A stretch of 64,000 bases of DNA from an uncultured Bacilli bacterium. GTDB lineage: Bacteria; Bacillota_I; Bacilli_A; RFN20; CAG-826. Position numbers and translations under genes: made by a program. Within the stretch, counting starts at the first letter, position 1. Every line of letters starts with the position of its first letter. The stretch is from assembly GCA_944376605.1 (NCBI GenBank), contig CALWDE010000002.1, positions 51,500 through 115,499 on the forward strand. Direction: 5' to 3'. Below are positions 49,188 through 59,053 of this stretch, one piece after another. The notes under the pieces were generated by a model. That model had not been told where the DNA came from, did no database searches, and saw nothing but the letters and a program-made list of their open reading frames with translations.

Positions 49188-50195
49188 ATGAAAGTTCAAA
49201 AGATTGTGTTTGCTTCATTATCCATCCTTGCCTTTGCTTCTTGCTCAGGTGGAGGGATTTCATCTACCTCTTCTGTTGTTGATTCGAATCAGTCCTCTTC
49301 TGGCCTCGCGGAGCCAATTGAGCTTTTGCCCGATAATCACTTTGAAAATGGCTTTATAGCCTACCCTGCAACTAGAGCACATTTAGATGGTTCTTACCCA
49401 GAAAATGATTGGAATTCGAATGTCTATCTCAAATATGATGAGAACACTCCAAATCCTTCCTGGCAAGTTCAACAAATTGGCTGCATTCATGATTTAAACG
49501 ACGTTTATAACCCCATGACTGGAGCAATGCCAGCCTATGAAGATCCCTACTATAAATTTGAAGGGGAGAGCAATTACGTTTATGTTGATCCAGAGGGCGG
49601 AGAAATTATCTTAGGCCTTAATGCTTCAAAAGACTACGACGCTCCACGTCAAAGTGGGGACTGGTCTCATCTTCTTTTACAAAACGTGTTGACGAATAGC
49701 GTCAAAGTAAGTGAATTAACAAGTTTACATTTCACCATTGATTTTGAGTTACAAGTGGAAAGAAAGATGACGGATGAGGAATATAATCCTTCCTTACATA
49801 CTGCTCAGTTTTTAGCCTATTTTATTGTTCAATCAAACGCGACGCTTGATGCTGGGGATTATTTCTGGTTTGGCGTTCCTTTCTATGACTATCGTTATCC
49901 CAATATTGATGAAAATGTAATGATTGACGGAAGAAGTCAGATGCCAATCTATCAAATGTCGAATCGAGTGATTGATCCAGATGGCATTAAGCTGAATCAT
50001 AAGTATTCTCTTGATCTTGATTTAATTGATTTATTTGGTGACGCTTTACTTGCCTGCCAACAAAAAGAAAATCGCTTCCTAAATAGTACGATTGATGATT
50101 TTTCTATCACATCGATGAATATTGGTTGGGAAGTGCCTGGAACTTTTGATGTTGCTGCTAAATTTTCGAATTTCTCCCTAAAAGGAATGATGTAA
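49188..50195 (+). CDS. Lipoprotein of the same unrecognised family (paralogue 4)
   Basis: Lipobox FASC; DNHFENGF/WSHLLLQ/HTAQF/FWFGVP/NIGWEVPG. Confidence 0.75.
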   Translation: MKVQKIVFASLSILAFASCSGGGISSTSSVVDSNQSSSGLAEPIELLPDNHFENGFIAYPATRAHLDGSYPENDWNSNVYLKYDENTPNPSWQVQQIGCIHDLNDVYNPMTGAMPAYEDPYYKFEGESNYVYVDPEGGEIILGLNASKDYDAPRQSGDWSHLLLQNVLTNSVKVSELTSLHFTIDFELQVERKMTDEEYNPSLHTAQFLAYFIVQSNATLDAGDYFWFGVPFYDYRYPNIDENVMIDGRSQMPIYQMSNRVIDPDGIKLNHKYSLDLDLIDLFGDALLACQQKENRFLNSTIDDFSITSMNIGWEVPGTFDVAAKFSNFSLKGMM

Positions 50196-50197
50196 AT

Positions 50198-51658
50198 ATG
50201 AAATCAATCGTCATTGATATTGGCGCCTCTTCTTATCGAGTAATGCTAGTTTGCTACCAAAATCACCGCTTCTTTTACGAAGAACTTATGCGGGAAAAAA
50301 CCGAAGCGTTTTATGATGGCATGTATTTGCGGTGGAATCTTACCTCTTTGAAAGATAAGGTTATTGATTGCATCCAAAAAACATTAAAAACTAGCCAAGA
50401 TGTCCAAAGCATTGGAGTTTGTAGCTTTGGTGTGGACTATATCTATCTTGATAAGGAAGGGAAACTTATTGATGAACCGATTTCTTATCGAGACAAACAT
50501 AACGAAGATTATGCTGCTTCTGCCTTAAAAGTATTCTCTCAAGAAGATATTTATGAGGAGACTGGCATTCAGTTTTTACCCTTTAATACGGTTTTCCAGT
50601 TATACCGGGATCAAAAGATTGGGCGAAAGGGTGAGAGTCTCTTAATGATTAGTGATTATCTTTCTTATTGCTTAAGTGGCGAGAAAACAAATGAGATTAC
50701 AGGCCTTTCTACCGGCGCATTAATCGCAGCAAAAACAGGAACTCTTTCTTCTTTTATTTGCCAAAAGTTCTCTATTTCTCCCTCTTTATTTCAAAAAGTT
50801 ATGAAACCTGGCGAACAAATTGGTTATTTAAAAGAGGAATATTTGCCTAAAAAAGGATTAAAAATCCCTGTTATTGCGGTCAATACACATGATACTTCTA
50901 GCGCGGTAACTTCTCTTCCTTTAGCAAAAGAAAGGGAAGAAGCTTTCCTCTCTTGTGGTTCTTGGGCTCTTTTAGGAAAAAAGAAAACAGCGTTCACTTT
51001 GTCTTCTCTAGCACGAGAAAAGAACTTTACGAATGAATGGATGGATGACGGAATTTGTTTTCTTAAGAACGTGAATGGTCTCTACCTCATTAATGAACTT
51101 TATCGCGCCATGAAAAAAGAAGATCCATCTCTCCTTTTTCCATCATCCATGAAGGCTTTTACAAAAGAAGATGAGACTAATTTATTTATAAACGTCAATG
51201 ATCCGCTTTTATCGAGCCCAGAGAATCTACTCTCTCACTGGCAAGAGTACCTATCTCAAACCAAACAAAATTCTTCTTATTCGTTTTCTCAAATTGTTAC
51301 CTCTTTCTACAAATGTTTAGCTTTTGCTTTAAAAGAAGAAGTAACACATTTAGAAACGTTAGAAGGAGAAAAGATTAAGAAGTTATATCTAGTCGGGGGA
51401 GCTGCCGATATTCCCGCTTTTGTTCAGCAGTTTGCTACTTTGCTTGGGGTTCCTATTTGCTGCGGATTTAAGGAAGCTACTGCTTTAGGCAATGCAATGA
51501 TTCAAATTTCCTCTTTAGAAAAGATTCCAATGGAAAAATTAAGAGAGGAGCTATATAGGCAAGAAGAATTAAGTGTTTATTACCCAAGAGAAGAAGATAA
51601 AGAAAAAGTATTTCAAGAATTTCGAAAATACCAGGAGTTTCAAAAGGAGAACCTATGA
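50198..51658 (+). CDS. rhaB: Rhamnulokinase
   Basis: IDIGASSYR, GVDY, TGIQFLPFNT, HDTSSA, SCGSW, NFTNE, EATALGN. Confidence 0.88.
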   Translation: MKSIVIDIGASSYRVMLVCYQNHRFFYEELMREKTEAFYDGMYLRWNLTSLKDKVIDCIQKTLKTSQDVQSIGVCSFGVDYIYLDKEGKLIDEPISYRDKHNEDYAASALKVFSQEDIYEETGIQFLPFNTVFQLYRDQKIGRKGESLLMISDYLSYCLSGEKTNEITGLSTGALIAAKTGTLSSFICQKFSISPSLFQKVMKPGEQIGYLKEEYLPKKGLKIPVIAVNTHDTSSAVTSLPLAKEREEAFLSCGSWALLGKKKTAFTLSSLAREKNFTNEWMDDGICFLKNVNGLYLINELYRAMKKEDPSLLFPSSMKAFTKEDETNLFINVNDPLLSSPENLLSHWQEYLSQTKQNSSYSFSQIVTSFYKCLAFALKEEVTHLETLEGEKIKKLYLVGGAADIPAFVQQFATLLGVPICCGFKEATALGNAMIQISSLEKIPMEKLREELYRQEELSVYYPREEDKEKVFQEFRKYQEFQKENL

Positions 51659-52908
51659 TAAATATTGAAGAAGAATACCGTATTGCAAAAGAGAGATATC
51701 TTAGTTACGGAGTAGACGTAGAGGAGGCTATGGAAAAATTAGCGTCCATCCCTTTGTCTATTCAATGTTGGCAAGGAGATGACGTGGAAGGCTTCCTAGA
51801 TAAGGGAAGTTTAGGAGATGGTTTGCAGGTTACAGGCAACTATCCCTACAAAGCGAGAAATATCGCGGAACTTCAAGAAGATATCGAAGAAGTGCTAAGC
51901 CTTTTACCGGGTACTTTTAAACTGAATCTTCATTCCACTTATTTAGATAGTGAGAAAAGTGTTCGTCTTGATCAGATTGAACCTAAACATTATGAATCAT
52001 GGGTTAAATTCGCAAAAAAGCATCATCTTGGTTTGGACTTTAATCCCACTTTATTTTCCTCCCCAATGGTAAAGGAAGGTTTTACTTTATCTAGTAAGGA
52101 AGAAGGGGTGCGCCGCTTTTGGATTGAACACTGCAAAAGAGCGAGAAAAATAGGGGAATATTTTGGAAAAGAACTTGAGATTCCTTGTGTTACGAATATT
52201 TGGATACCCGATGGCTATAAAGACGAACCATATGACCGCTTAGGGCCAAGAGAACGTTTAAAAGATAGTCTAGATGAGATTTTTGCAGAAAAAATCGATA
52301 AAAAGTACAACATTGATAGTGTGGAGTCGAAGCTTTTCGGAATTGGTTTAGAAGCTTATACAACAGGAAATCATGAATTTTACCTAGGTTATGCAGTGAA
52401 AAACGGTCTTGCATTAACTTTAGACTCTGGTCATTTCCATCCTACTGAATATATTAGTGACAAGATTTCAAGCGTCTTGCTTTTTACGAATGATTTGTTA
52501 CTTCATGTTTCTCGTCCGATGAGATGGGATTCTGATCACGTGGTCATTTTTGATGATGAATTAAACCGTATTGCAGAGAGTCTCGTGCGAGGTAATCTTT
52601 TAGAAAAGACACATATTGGGTTGGACTACTTTGATGGTTCCATTAATCGCATCGCGGCATGGTGCATTGGTCTTAGGGCAACACAAATGGCACTATTAAA
52701 GGCTTTACTAGAGCCATCTGCTTTACTTAAGAAGGCAGAAGACTCTTATGACTTTACTACACGTCTATATCTTCACGAGGAGAGTAAGTATTTACCTTAT
52801 CAAGCCGTGTATCGCTACTTTGCTTATAAAAATAAGAAGAAGATGGGTAAAGAATTCGAAGAAGAACTTCATAACTACGAAACAAATGTATTGAGAAAGA
52901 GGGTTTGA
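51655..52908 (+). CDS. rhaA: L-rhamnose isomerase
   Basis: CWQGDDV, TGNYP, DFNPT, WIPDG, ESKLFGIG, HVSRPMRWDSDHVV. Confidence 0.95.
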   Translation: MINIEEEYRIAKERYLSYGVDVEEAMEKLASIPLSIQCWQGDDVEGFLDKGSLGDGLQVTGNYPYKARNIAELQEDIEEVLSLLPGTFKLNLHSTYLDSEKSVRLDQIEPKHYESWVKFAKKHHLGLDFNPTLFSSPMVKEGFTLSSKEEGVRRFWIEHCKRARKIGEYFGKELEIPCVTNIWIPDGYKDEPYDRLGPRERLKDSLDEIFAEKIDKKYNIDSVESKLFGIGLEAYTTGNHEFYLGYAVKNGLALTLDSGHFHPTEYISDKISSVLLFTNDLLLHVSRPMRWDSDHVVIFDDELNRIAESLVRGNLLEKTHIGLDYFDGSINRIAAWCIGLRATQMALLKALLEPSALLKKAEDSYDFTTRLYLHEESKYLPYQAVYRYFAYKNKKKMGKEFEEELHNYETNVLRKRV

Positions 52909-52910
52909 TT

Positions 52911-53714
52911 ATGAAAAAAATTGAGAAGATGCGTTTTGTCGTGGATGCCATTGATGTCATCGATAAGATGTACATGAATGGATGGGATGAGAGAAATGGA
53001 GGTAATTTTTCTTATCTATTAACAGAGGAGGAGGCAAAAGTATTTCAGAAGAAAAAGCCAAGCCGTGTTTTAGAGCTCTCTTTTGATGCAAGCTATTTAA
53101 AAAATCGATTTGTTCTTGTTACAGCGACGGGTCAATTTTTCCGCAATGTTAAAAAATATCCGGAAGAAGTGCTAGGAATTGCGAAGATTTTGGAAGATGG
53201 TAAGCATATTGGCCTATATTGGGGATTTAAAAATGGTGGTCGTCCTACGAGTGAATTCCCGTCTCACCTTCTTTGCCATATAGCACGTTTAAAAAAGGAT
53301 TCTTCTCAGCGTGTTGTCATTCATACCCACGCTACATACACGTTAGCACTCACCTTTTTACTTCCAGAAGATGAAAGAATTATTACAAGAACGCTATGGA
53401 AAATGTGTACAGAATGTTCCATTGTTTTCCCAGAAGGAATTGGATATTTACCATGGGAGTTATGCGGTACTACAAAAATTGGAGAAGATACCGCGAAGAA
53501 AATGGAAACATTTAAGATCGTGCTTTGGTCTATGCACGGAGTGTATTCCGCTGGAAGCAGTATCAATGAAGCGTTTGGATTAATTGAAACGGTCGAAAAG
53601 GCTGCGAAAATTTATTGTATTACTATGGGAAACCGTCAAAGAGAAATTGATGATGAAAGTATCAAAGAACTTTGTGATTTCTTCCGTGTTGATGTGAATA
53701 AGGCAATGCTATAA
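52911..53714 (+). CDS. rhaD: Rhamnulose-1-phosphate aldolase
   Basis: [28 protein letters not shown] motifs. Confidence 0.95.
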   Translation: MKKIEKMRFVVDAIDVIDKMYMNGWDERNGGNFSYLLTEEEAKVFQKKKPSRVLELSFDASYLKNRFVLVTATGQFFRNVKKYPEEVLGIAKILEDGKHIGLYWGFKNGGRPTSEFPSHLLCHIARLKKDSSQRVVIHTHATYTLALTFLLPEDERIITRTLWKMCTECSIVFPEGIGYLPWELCGTTKIGEDTAKKMETFKIVLWSMHGVYSAGSSINEAFGLIETVEKAAKIYCITMGNRQREIDDESIKELCDFFRVDVNKAML

Positions 53715-53724
53715 AGGAGGCAAT

Positions 53725-55254
53725 ATGGACATTACTCTTTTTATAAAAAAGAAATGGGAAGCGAAAAAGCTTGCTAAGATTCAAGAAAGGAATCGTTACC
53801 TCAATTACAAAAAAGTATTAGAGGAAGAAAAGGCTCGCAAGCAGATAGAACAAGACAATGTTCCTACCTCTTTTATCTCTCTTCGGCACATCAATAAGAT
53901 TTATGATAATTTTGTTCAGGCTGTTTACGATTTTAATCTAGAAATCGAGAAAGGTGAATTTGTCGTTTTTGTTGGTCCTTCGGGGTGTGGAAAATCCACA
54001 ACATTACGTATGATTGCGGGTTTAGAAGACATTACAACAGGCGATTTATACATTGACGGAGTCTATTCTAATCATTTGGAACCAAAAGACCGTGATACAG
54101 CGATGGTATTCCAAAATTACGCTTTATACCCTCATCTTACTGTTTATGAAAACATGGCAATGGGTTTAAGGGCCAAGAAATTTTCCTCAGAAGTAGCAAA
54201 AGAAAGAGAAGCAGAAGGAAAGAAAGGCAGTCATTTAAGCAAAGAGGAAATTGACGAAAGAATTCAGAACGTTGCTGAAATCTTAGAGTTAAAAGACTAC
54301 TTAAAAAGAACTCCGCGTCAATTAAGTGGCGGGCAGTGTCAAAGAGTAGCTTTAGGAAGAGCGATTGTAAAAGATTCCAAAGTATTCTTGATGGATGAAC
54401 CATTAAGTAACTTAGATGCCAAACTTCGTGTTCAAATGCGTTCAGAAATTATTAAGTTACATAAAAGACTTCGCGCAACAACAATCTATGTTACTCACGA
54501 CCAAGTAGAAGCTATGACGATGGCGGACCGCATTGTTGTTATGAACAAAGGTCATATTCAACAAATTGGGAAACCAGAAGAGATTTATGACCATCCTGTG
54601 AATCAGTTTGTCGCGGGCTTTATGGGCAATCCCGCGATGAATTTGCTTGACGCAGTCTATGACAACGGAAAAATTATTCTCGATGAAAATATATCTTTTT
54701 CTCTTAGGGAAGAGGAGATTCAAAAGCACGATGAATTCTACGCAAATCTTCTATCTGAGTATGAAAAAGAATTATTAGCAAATGACAAAGAAAATAGTGA
54801 AAGATCCGCTCTTCTTGCAAAAATAGAGAAAGAAGAGCAGCGTATGAATCAGGGCGATGAAAAGGAAAAAAAGCTTGCTATAAAGGCCAAAAAGAAGGCG
54901 GAATACGAACTCTGTTTGCTTGAAGAAGGGAACACCCGTAAAAAATTCTTAATAGATGCGATTTCTAAAATTCATGCATTGCAAGAAAGTGGTAAACATC
55001 CTCTTACCTTTGGCATTCGTCCAGAGCATATTTCGGTGCGTCCTTTAGAAAACGCTTTAAAAACGCAGGTCTATTTAAATGTTGTGGAGCTTTTAGGTAA
55101 CGAATATTACTTCCACTTTTCTATTAACAAAGCAGAAGTATCTATGAAAACTCCCAAAGAAAAGAGTCAAGTTTCCAATACTTATCTTGATGTTTATTTT
55201 GATTTAAACAAGAAACATCTTTTTGATTCCATCAGTGAACGAAGAATCATCTAA
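53725..55254 (+). CDS. Sugar ABC transporter ATPase (MsmX/MalK-like) with extra charged segments
   Basis: [43 protein letters not shown]. Confidence 0.92.
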   Translation: MDITLFIKKKWEAKKLAKIQERNRYLNYKKVLEEEKARKQIEQDNVPTSFISLRHINKIYDNFVQAVYDFNLEIEKGEFVVFVGPSGCGKSTTLRMIAGLEDITTGDLYIDGVYSNHLEPKDRDTAMVFQNYALYPHLTVYENMAMGLRAKKFSSEVAKEREAEGKKGSHLSKEEIDERIQNVAEILELKDYLKRTPRQLSGGQCQRVALGRAIVKDSKVFLMDEPLSNLDAKLRVQMRSEIIKLHKRLRATTIYVTHDQVEAMTMADRIVVMNKGHIQQIGKPEEIYDHPVNQFVAGFMGNPAMNLLDAVYDNGKIILDENISFSLREEEIQKHDEFYANLLSEYEKELLANDKENSERSALLAKIEKEEQRMNQGDEKEKKLAIKAKKKAEYELCLLEEGNTRKKFLIDAISKIHALQESGKHPLTFGIRPEHISVRPLENALKTQVYLNVVELLGNEYYFHFSINKAEVSMKTPKEKSQVSNTYLDVYFDLNKKHLFDSISERRII

Positions 55255-55450
55255 AAACTATTTGTTTTACGAAAAATTATTGCTAAGTGGCATGTTTGTT
55301 TCGTTTTTAGAATTAAAATTGAAAAGTTAGAGGCTCTTTTAGGGAAGAAAGAAACCTTTTTCTTCTAGAAAAATAAATGTAAATAAAGTTTTTTTGGTAA
55401 AAGTTTTTGCGCATCTTTTACTCTTTTTTCTTTCGTGTAGACTATAGGAG

Positions 55451-55870
55451 ATGAAAGAAAAAGCACCTAATATTCTCTTATTATTGACTCCGAAAAACTT
55501 TGTTGAATATCTCTATTCTGATTTTACGGTAAGACAAGCTGTAGAGAAGATGAAAGAGAAACGCTATAGCATGATCCCTGTGATTGAACGCGAGACCGGG
55601 AAATACTGTTACTCGCTTAGAGAAGGTGATTTTCTTTATTATTTAGCAGAAAATCATTTATCTTTTTCCTCTTTAGAAAAGCATCCTTTATCTTCCATTC
55701 CTCCTTCCAGAGAAATTAAGGCGGTTGGAATTTCTGCGGATATTCATGATTTATACGGAACTATTTTGGACCAAAACTTTGCACCTGTTATTGATGATCA
55801 AGGTGTTTTTATTGGAATTGTTACTCGGAAAAAAGTCATGAACGCTTTAATGAAAGAAGGGGAAAAGTAG
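55451..55870 (+). CDS. CBS-domain protein
   Basis: YSMIPVI and FAPVIDDQGVFIGIVTRK CBS pair. Confidence 0.85.
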   Translation: MKEKAPNILLLLTPKNFVEYLYSDFTVRQAVEKMKEKRYSMIPVIERETGKYCYSLREGDFLYYLAENHLSFSSLEKHPLSSIPPSREIKAVGISADIHDLYGTILDQNFAPVIDDQGVFIGIVTRKKVMNALMKEGEK

Positions 55871-55897
55871 TCTTTCTGTATTTTTAATTAAACTTTT

Positions 55898-57163
55898 ATG
55901 GTTTTAGCTCTGCTCCTTGTTATTTATCTTGTTTTTATCTCTCTTGGTCTTCCTGATACTGTACTTGGCAGCTCGTTTCCTGCCATTAGCGGCGCATTAG
56001 GTTTAGATAGTGATATTGCTGGCTATATTGGGATGGTCGTTAGTGCTTTTACGATTTTATCCTCGCTTCTTTCGTCTTTCATTTTAAAGAAAGTTAAGAC
56101 AGGGCCTTATGTTTTTGTCTCTATTTTGCTTACGGCATTAGGGCTTATTTTGTTCTCTTTCGTGCCGCCTGCTTATGCTTCTTGGGCATTTTATCTCATT
56201 GCTATTTTGCTCGGTCTTGGTGCAGGGGGTATTGATGCTGCCTTAAATAACTATGTTGCCTTGCACTATAAGGCAGTGCATATGAACTGGCTACACTGCA
56301 GCTGGGCAATTGGGGCTTTTACGGGTCCTCTTTTACTTGGGACTTTTATTAATGGCGAAACAAATGAAGGCTGGGACAATGGGGTAAGACTCATTGCGTT
56401 TATTCAGCTTGGGATTGCGCTTCTTGTGTTTCTTACCTTGCCATTGTGGAACAAGGCAGCACTAAAGGAACAAGCAAAAAAAGAAGATCAAGTTGAAAAA
56501 GAAGTAGTGACTCCTAAAGGGGCACATAAAAAATTGTTAATGATGCCTCTATTTATACTTGGGGCAATCGGTTTTTTCTGTTACTGCGGCTTAGAGACAA
56601 CAACAGGATTTTGGGCGCCTAGCTTCTTTCACTATGCAAAGGAGTGTGACACTTCCTTATCCGCAACTCTTGGAAGCTGCTTTTATATTGGTATTGCTTT
56701 AGGACGTTTTATTTCCGGCGTTCTTTCTTACCGCATTTCACCAAAAAACCTCATTCGGATTGGGGAATCGCTCATTTTGATTGGAGCGATTATGGCTCTA
56801 GTTCCTAATGTTTCTTTCTATGTTTCTGCTGCAGGTATTTGCTTAATAGGTCTTGGCTGCGCGCCTATTTATCCTTGCATTATTTTGCTTACACCTTATC
56901 GCTATTCGAAAACTCTTTCACAAGTTGCCATGTCGCTACAAATGGCAGTTGCCTATTTAGGTAATTTATTTGTATCACCTTTATTTGGTCTTATTGCTTC
57001 TTCTTTTGGTAATGCTTATTTCTTACTTCCCTATATTCCTTTCGCGTTTGTGTTACTCATGAGCCTTGTTCATGAGATAGGAAACTATCTAACTAAGCGC
57101 AGAGATTCCTCTTTATCAAAGGAAGAAAAAGAAGAGTATTTTACCGAAGCTGTTCATGAGTAA
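55898..57163 (+). CDS. MFS transporter
   Basis: FISLGLPD and GAGGIDAALNNYVALHY..MNWLH motifs; about 12 TM helices. Confidence 0.88.
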   Translation: MVLALLLVIYLVFISLGLPDTVLGSSFPAISGALGLDSDIAGYIGMVVSAFTILSSLLSSFILKKVKTGPYVFVSILLTALGLILFSFVPPAYASWAFYLIAILLGLGAGGIDAALNNYVALHYKAVHMNWLHCSWAIGAFTGPLLLGTFINGETNEGWDNGVRLIAFIQLGIALLVFLTLPLWNKAALKEQAKKEDQVEKEVVTPKGAHKKLLMMPLFILGAIGFFCYCGLETTTGFWAPSFFHYAKECDTSLSATLGSCFYIGIALGRFISGVLSYRISPKNLIRIGESLILIGAIMALVPNVSFYVSAAGICLIGLGCAPIYPCIILLTPYRYSKTLSQVAMSLQMAVAYLGNLFVSPLFGLIASSFGNAYFLLPYIPFAFVLLMSLVHEIGNYLTKRRDSSLSKEEKEEYFTEAVHE

Positions 57164-57205
57164 AGTTAGTAATAACTTTGCAAAAGCTTGACATTTTCAT
57201 CGTTT

Positions 57206-57871
57206 TTAAAGATTATTTTCCGCTTTTTGCAAAGAGATAATTTCATCTAGGCCCGTTTTTACTTGATTTAAATCTTTTAAAGCATAGATGATGTATGTTT
57301 TTTGATAGGTATGGATTTTTAGTGTTCCTGAATTCCAGTTTCCATGCGTGCGAATTTCAATTAAAGATAGAGAGGAATAAGGCAGTTCTACTCCCTTGCC
57401 TTTTCCTTTGATACGAATTCCATAATCATTATATTCAATCACTACTTTGGAAAAGGGGATAAGAGAGTTAACTAAGAGGCAAAAAACACATAAATCAATG
57501 AATATAAGAAGTACATTATAAAATACTTGTTCCCATAAGGAGGCAGGAGACTCCTGCAAGGCGAGATTGAAGAAAATAATAACAAGCAAGACACAGATAA
57601 AAAGGAAAGCATATAGAAAACTAAAACCAAAGTTTTTATAGCCAATCGGTTTATATTCCTCACTTTTTTCTTTTTGATGGAGATCAAGGAGTTCATTCAT
57701 ACTGATAGAAAACTCTTTCGCAATAAGCCGTAATATATCTAAACTAGGATAACTAAGCCCTCTTTCCCATTTGGAAACAGCTTGTCGAGTAACGCAAAGC
57801 CGTTCTGCTAGTTGTTCCTGGGTGAGATGATGCTCCTCACGTAATGACAATATTTTGTTAGCAAAGTCCAT
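57206..57871 (-). CDS. XRE-family HTH regulator with two TM helices
   Basis: LTQEQLAERL.VTRQAVSKWE; GGAGG SD before ATG 57871. Confidence 0.85.
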   Translation of the reverse strand: MDFANKILSLREEHHLTQEQLAERLCVTRQAVSKWERGLSYPSLDILRLIAKEFSISMNELLDLHQKEKSEEYKPIGYKNFGFSFLYAFLFICVLLVIIFFNLALQESPASLWEQVFYNVLLIFIDLCVFCLLVNSLIPFSKVVIEYNDYGIRIKGKGKGVELPYSSLSLIEIRTHGNWNSGTLKIHTYQKTYIIYALKDLNQVKTGLDEIISLQKAENNL

Positions 57872-57942
57872 AATGCCTCCTTGCAACATCTATTTTAGAA
57901 ACAAGAGGAAGAGAAAAAAGCGACTAACGGTTTCTATATAAG

Positions 57943-57972
57943 AAAAAAGGCTACTAGCATCTGCTAATAGCC
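57943..57972 (-). terminator. Terminator of the small ORF
   Basis: Minus strand GGCTATTAGC-AGAT-GCTAGTAGCC followed by T6. Confidence 0.7.
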
Positions 57973-57999
57973 CATGAATGACTAATCTTTAAGGAAATA

Positions 58000-58143
58000 T
58001 TATTGGAGCTGAGGATCAGGAATGTATTCTTCGTCGTCCGAGAATAGAGGTCCCTTCGCGGCAATTTCCTCAAGCTTGAAGCTGTAGAGGGCGCCTTGCT
58101 CCGCATAACTGACATCAAAGGAATTCATTACTTTATTGTCCAT
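58000..58143 (-). CDS. 47-aa small acidic protein
   Basis: AGGAGG SD, MDNKVMNSFDVSYAEQGALYSFKLEEIAAKGPLFSDDEEYIPDPQLQ, own terminator. Confidence 0.6.
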   Translation of the reverse strand: MDNKVMNSFDVSYAEQGALYSFKLEEIAAKGPLFSDDEEYIPDPQLQ

Positions 58144-58249
58144 AAGAGTCTTTGTCCTCCTTTCCTTCTGATGCTTTTCGTGAGGTTCCTTCTCTTGAAA
58201 AGCAACACCAATATAAAGCGAAAAAAATAGAATGCAATGCCTCTTTCTA

Positions 58250-58344
58250 TGAAAGCCTTTTCTGTAAGCGTTTCCCATTTTTTAATAATTGATAAAACCT
58301 AGATAACATCGAATAAAAACAATTTTTTCATGAATGCGGTTTCA
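58250..58344. promoter_or_regulatory. Three cre/LacI-like operator boxes
   Basis: TGAAAGCCTTTTCT (58250), TGTAAGCGTTTCCC (58263), TGAATGCGGTTTCA (58331). Confidence 0.4.
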
Positions 58345-58445
58345 TAAAGTATTGCCTAAAAAGCGCTCGTTAAAATTAATTATTTTCATTTATTTTCATA
58401 AGAAGATTTCTCGCTTTTTTCTGCCTTTCTTTTTAGAGTAAAAGC

Positions 58446-58997
58446 ATGGATGAGATATGCGCTTGGGCAAGGAAAAGTCCTTTGCTTAGAAAATATCATG
58501 ATGAGCGTTGGGGACGTTTCATCACGGACGATTATGAATTTTTTTCTCTTCTTATTTTAGAAAGCTTTTCAACAGGTTTATCTTGGGAGCTCATCTTGAA
58601 AAAAGAAGAGACAATCTTAAAGGCTACAAGCTCCCTTAATCCTTATACATTAAAAGACTATACAAAAGAGGATGAGGAAATCTTGTTACACACTCCAGGT
58701 TTTCTTCCTCATAAAGGAAAGATTGCTTCCTTAAAAGTCAACGCTATCGCCTATCTAACTTTGCTAAAAGAGTTTGGGCACTTTTCCTCTTATTTAAATC
58801 ATCTTGGTATTGTTCCTGTTGATCACGCTTTAAAAGATGGAGATAACATGCCCAATCAAGACGAGGCCTCCCTTCTTCTTGCTAAAGATATGAAGAAAAG
58901 AGGTTTCCGTTATGTAGGACCTGTAATTCTTTATTCTTTTTTGCAGGCGAGTGGCTACCGAAATGACCATTTGTTAAGTTGCTCTTTTCATGGTTGA
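58446..58997 (+). CDS. tag: DNA-3-methyladenine glycosylase I
   Basis: CAW, YHDERWG, LESF..GLSW, KKRGFRYVGP, NDHLLSC motifs. Confidence 0.92.
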   Translation: MDEICAWARKSPLLRKYHDERWGRFITDDYEFFSLLILESFSTGLSWELILKKEETILKATSSLNPYTLKDYTKEDEEILLHTPGFLPHKGKIASLKVNAIAYLTLLKEFGHFSSYLNHLGIVPVDHALKDGDNMPNQDEASLLLAKDMKKRGFRYVGPVILYSFLQASGYRNDHLLSCSFHG

Positions 58998-59053
58998 AGT
59001 TTCGTAGAGGGATTTTATATAATAGTCAAGAAATGCCGTATTTAGGAGTTTTT

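Noticed and set aside
35203-55254. Pectin/rhamnogalacturonan utilisation locus
   Set aside because: No GH28, GH78, GH105, GH106, lyase or uronate-catabolism genes recognised; GH65 plus pgmB point to alpha-glucosides
58144-58278. N-terminal extension of the 92-aa ORF
   Set aside because: The AGGAGG SD lies inside it, just before ATG 58143, and the extension overlaps regulatory boxes
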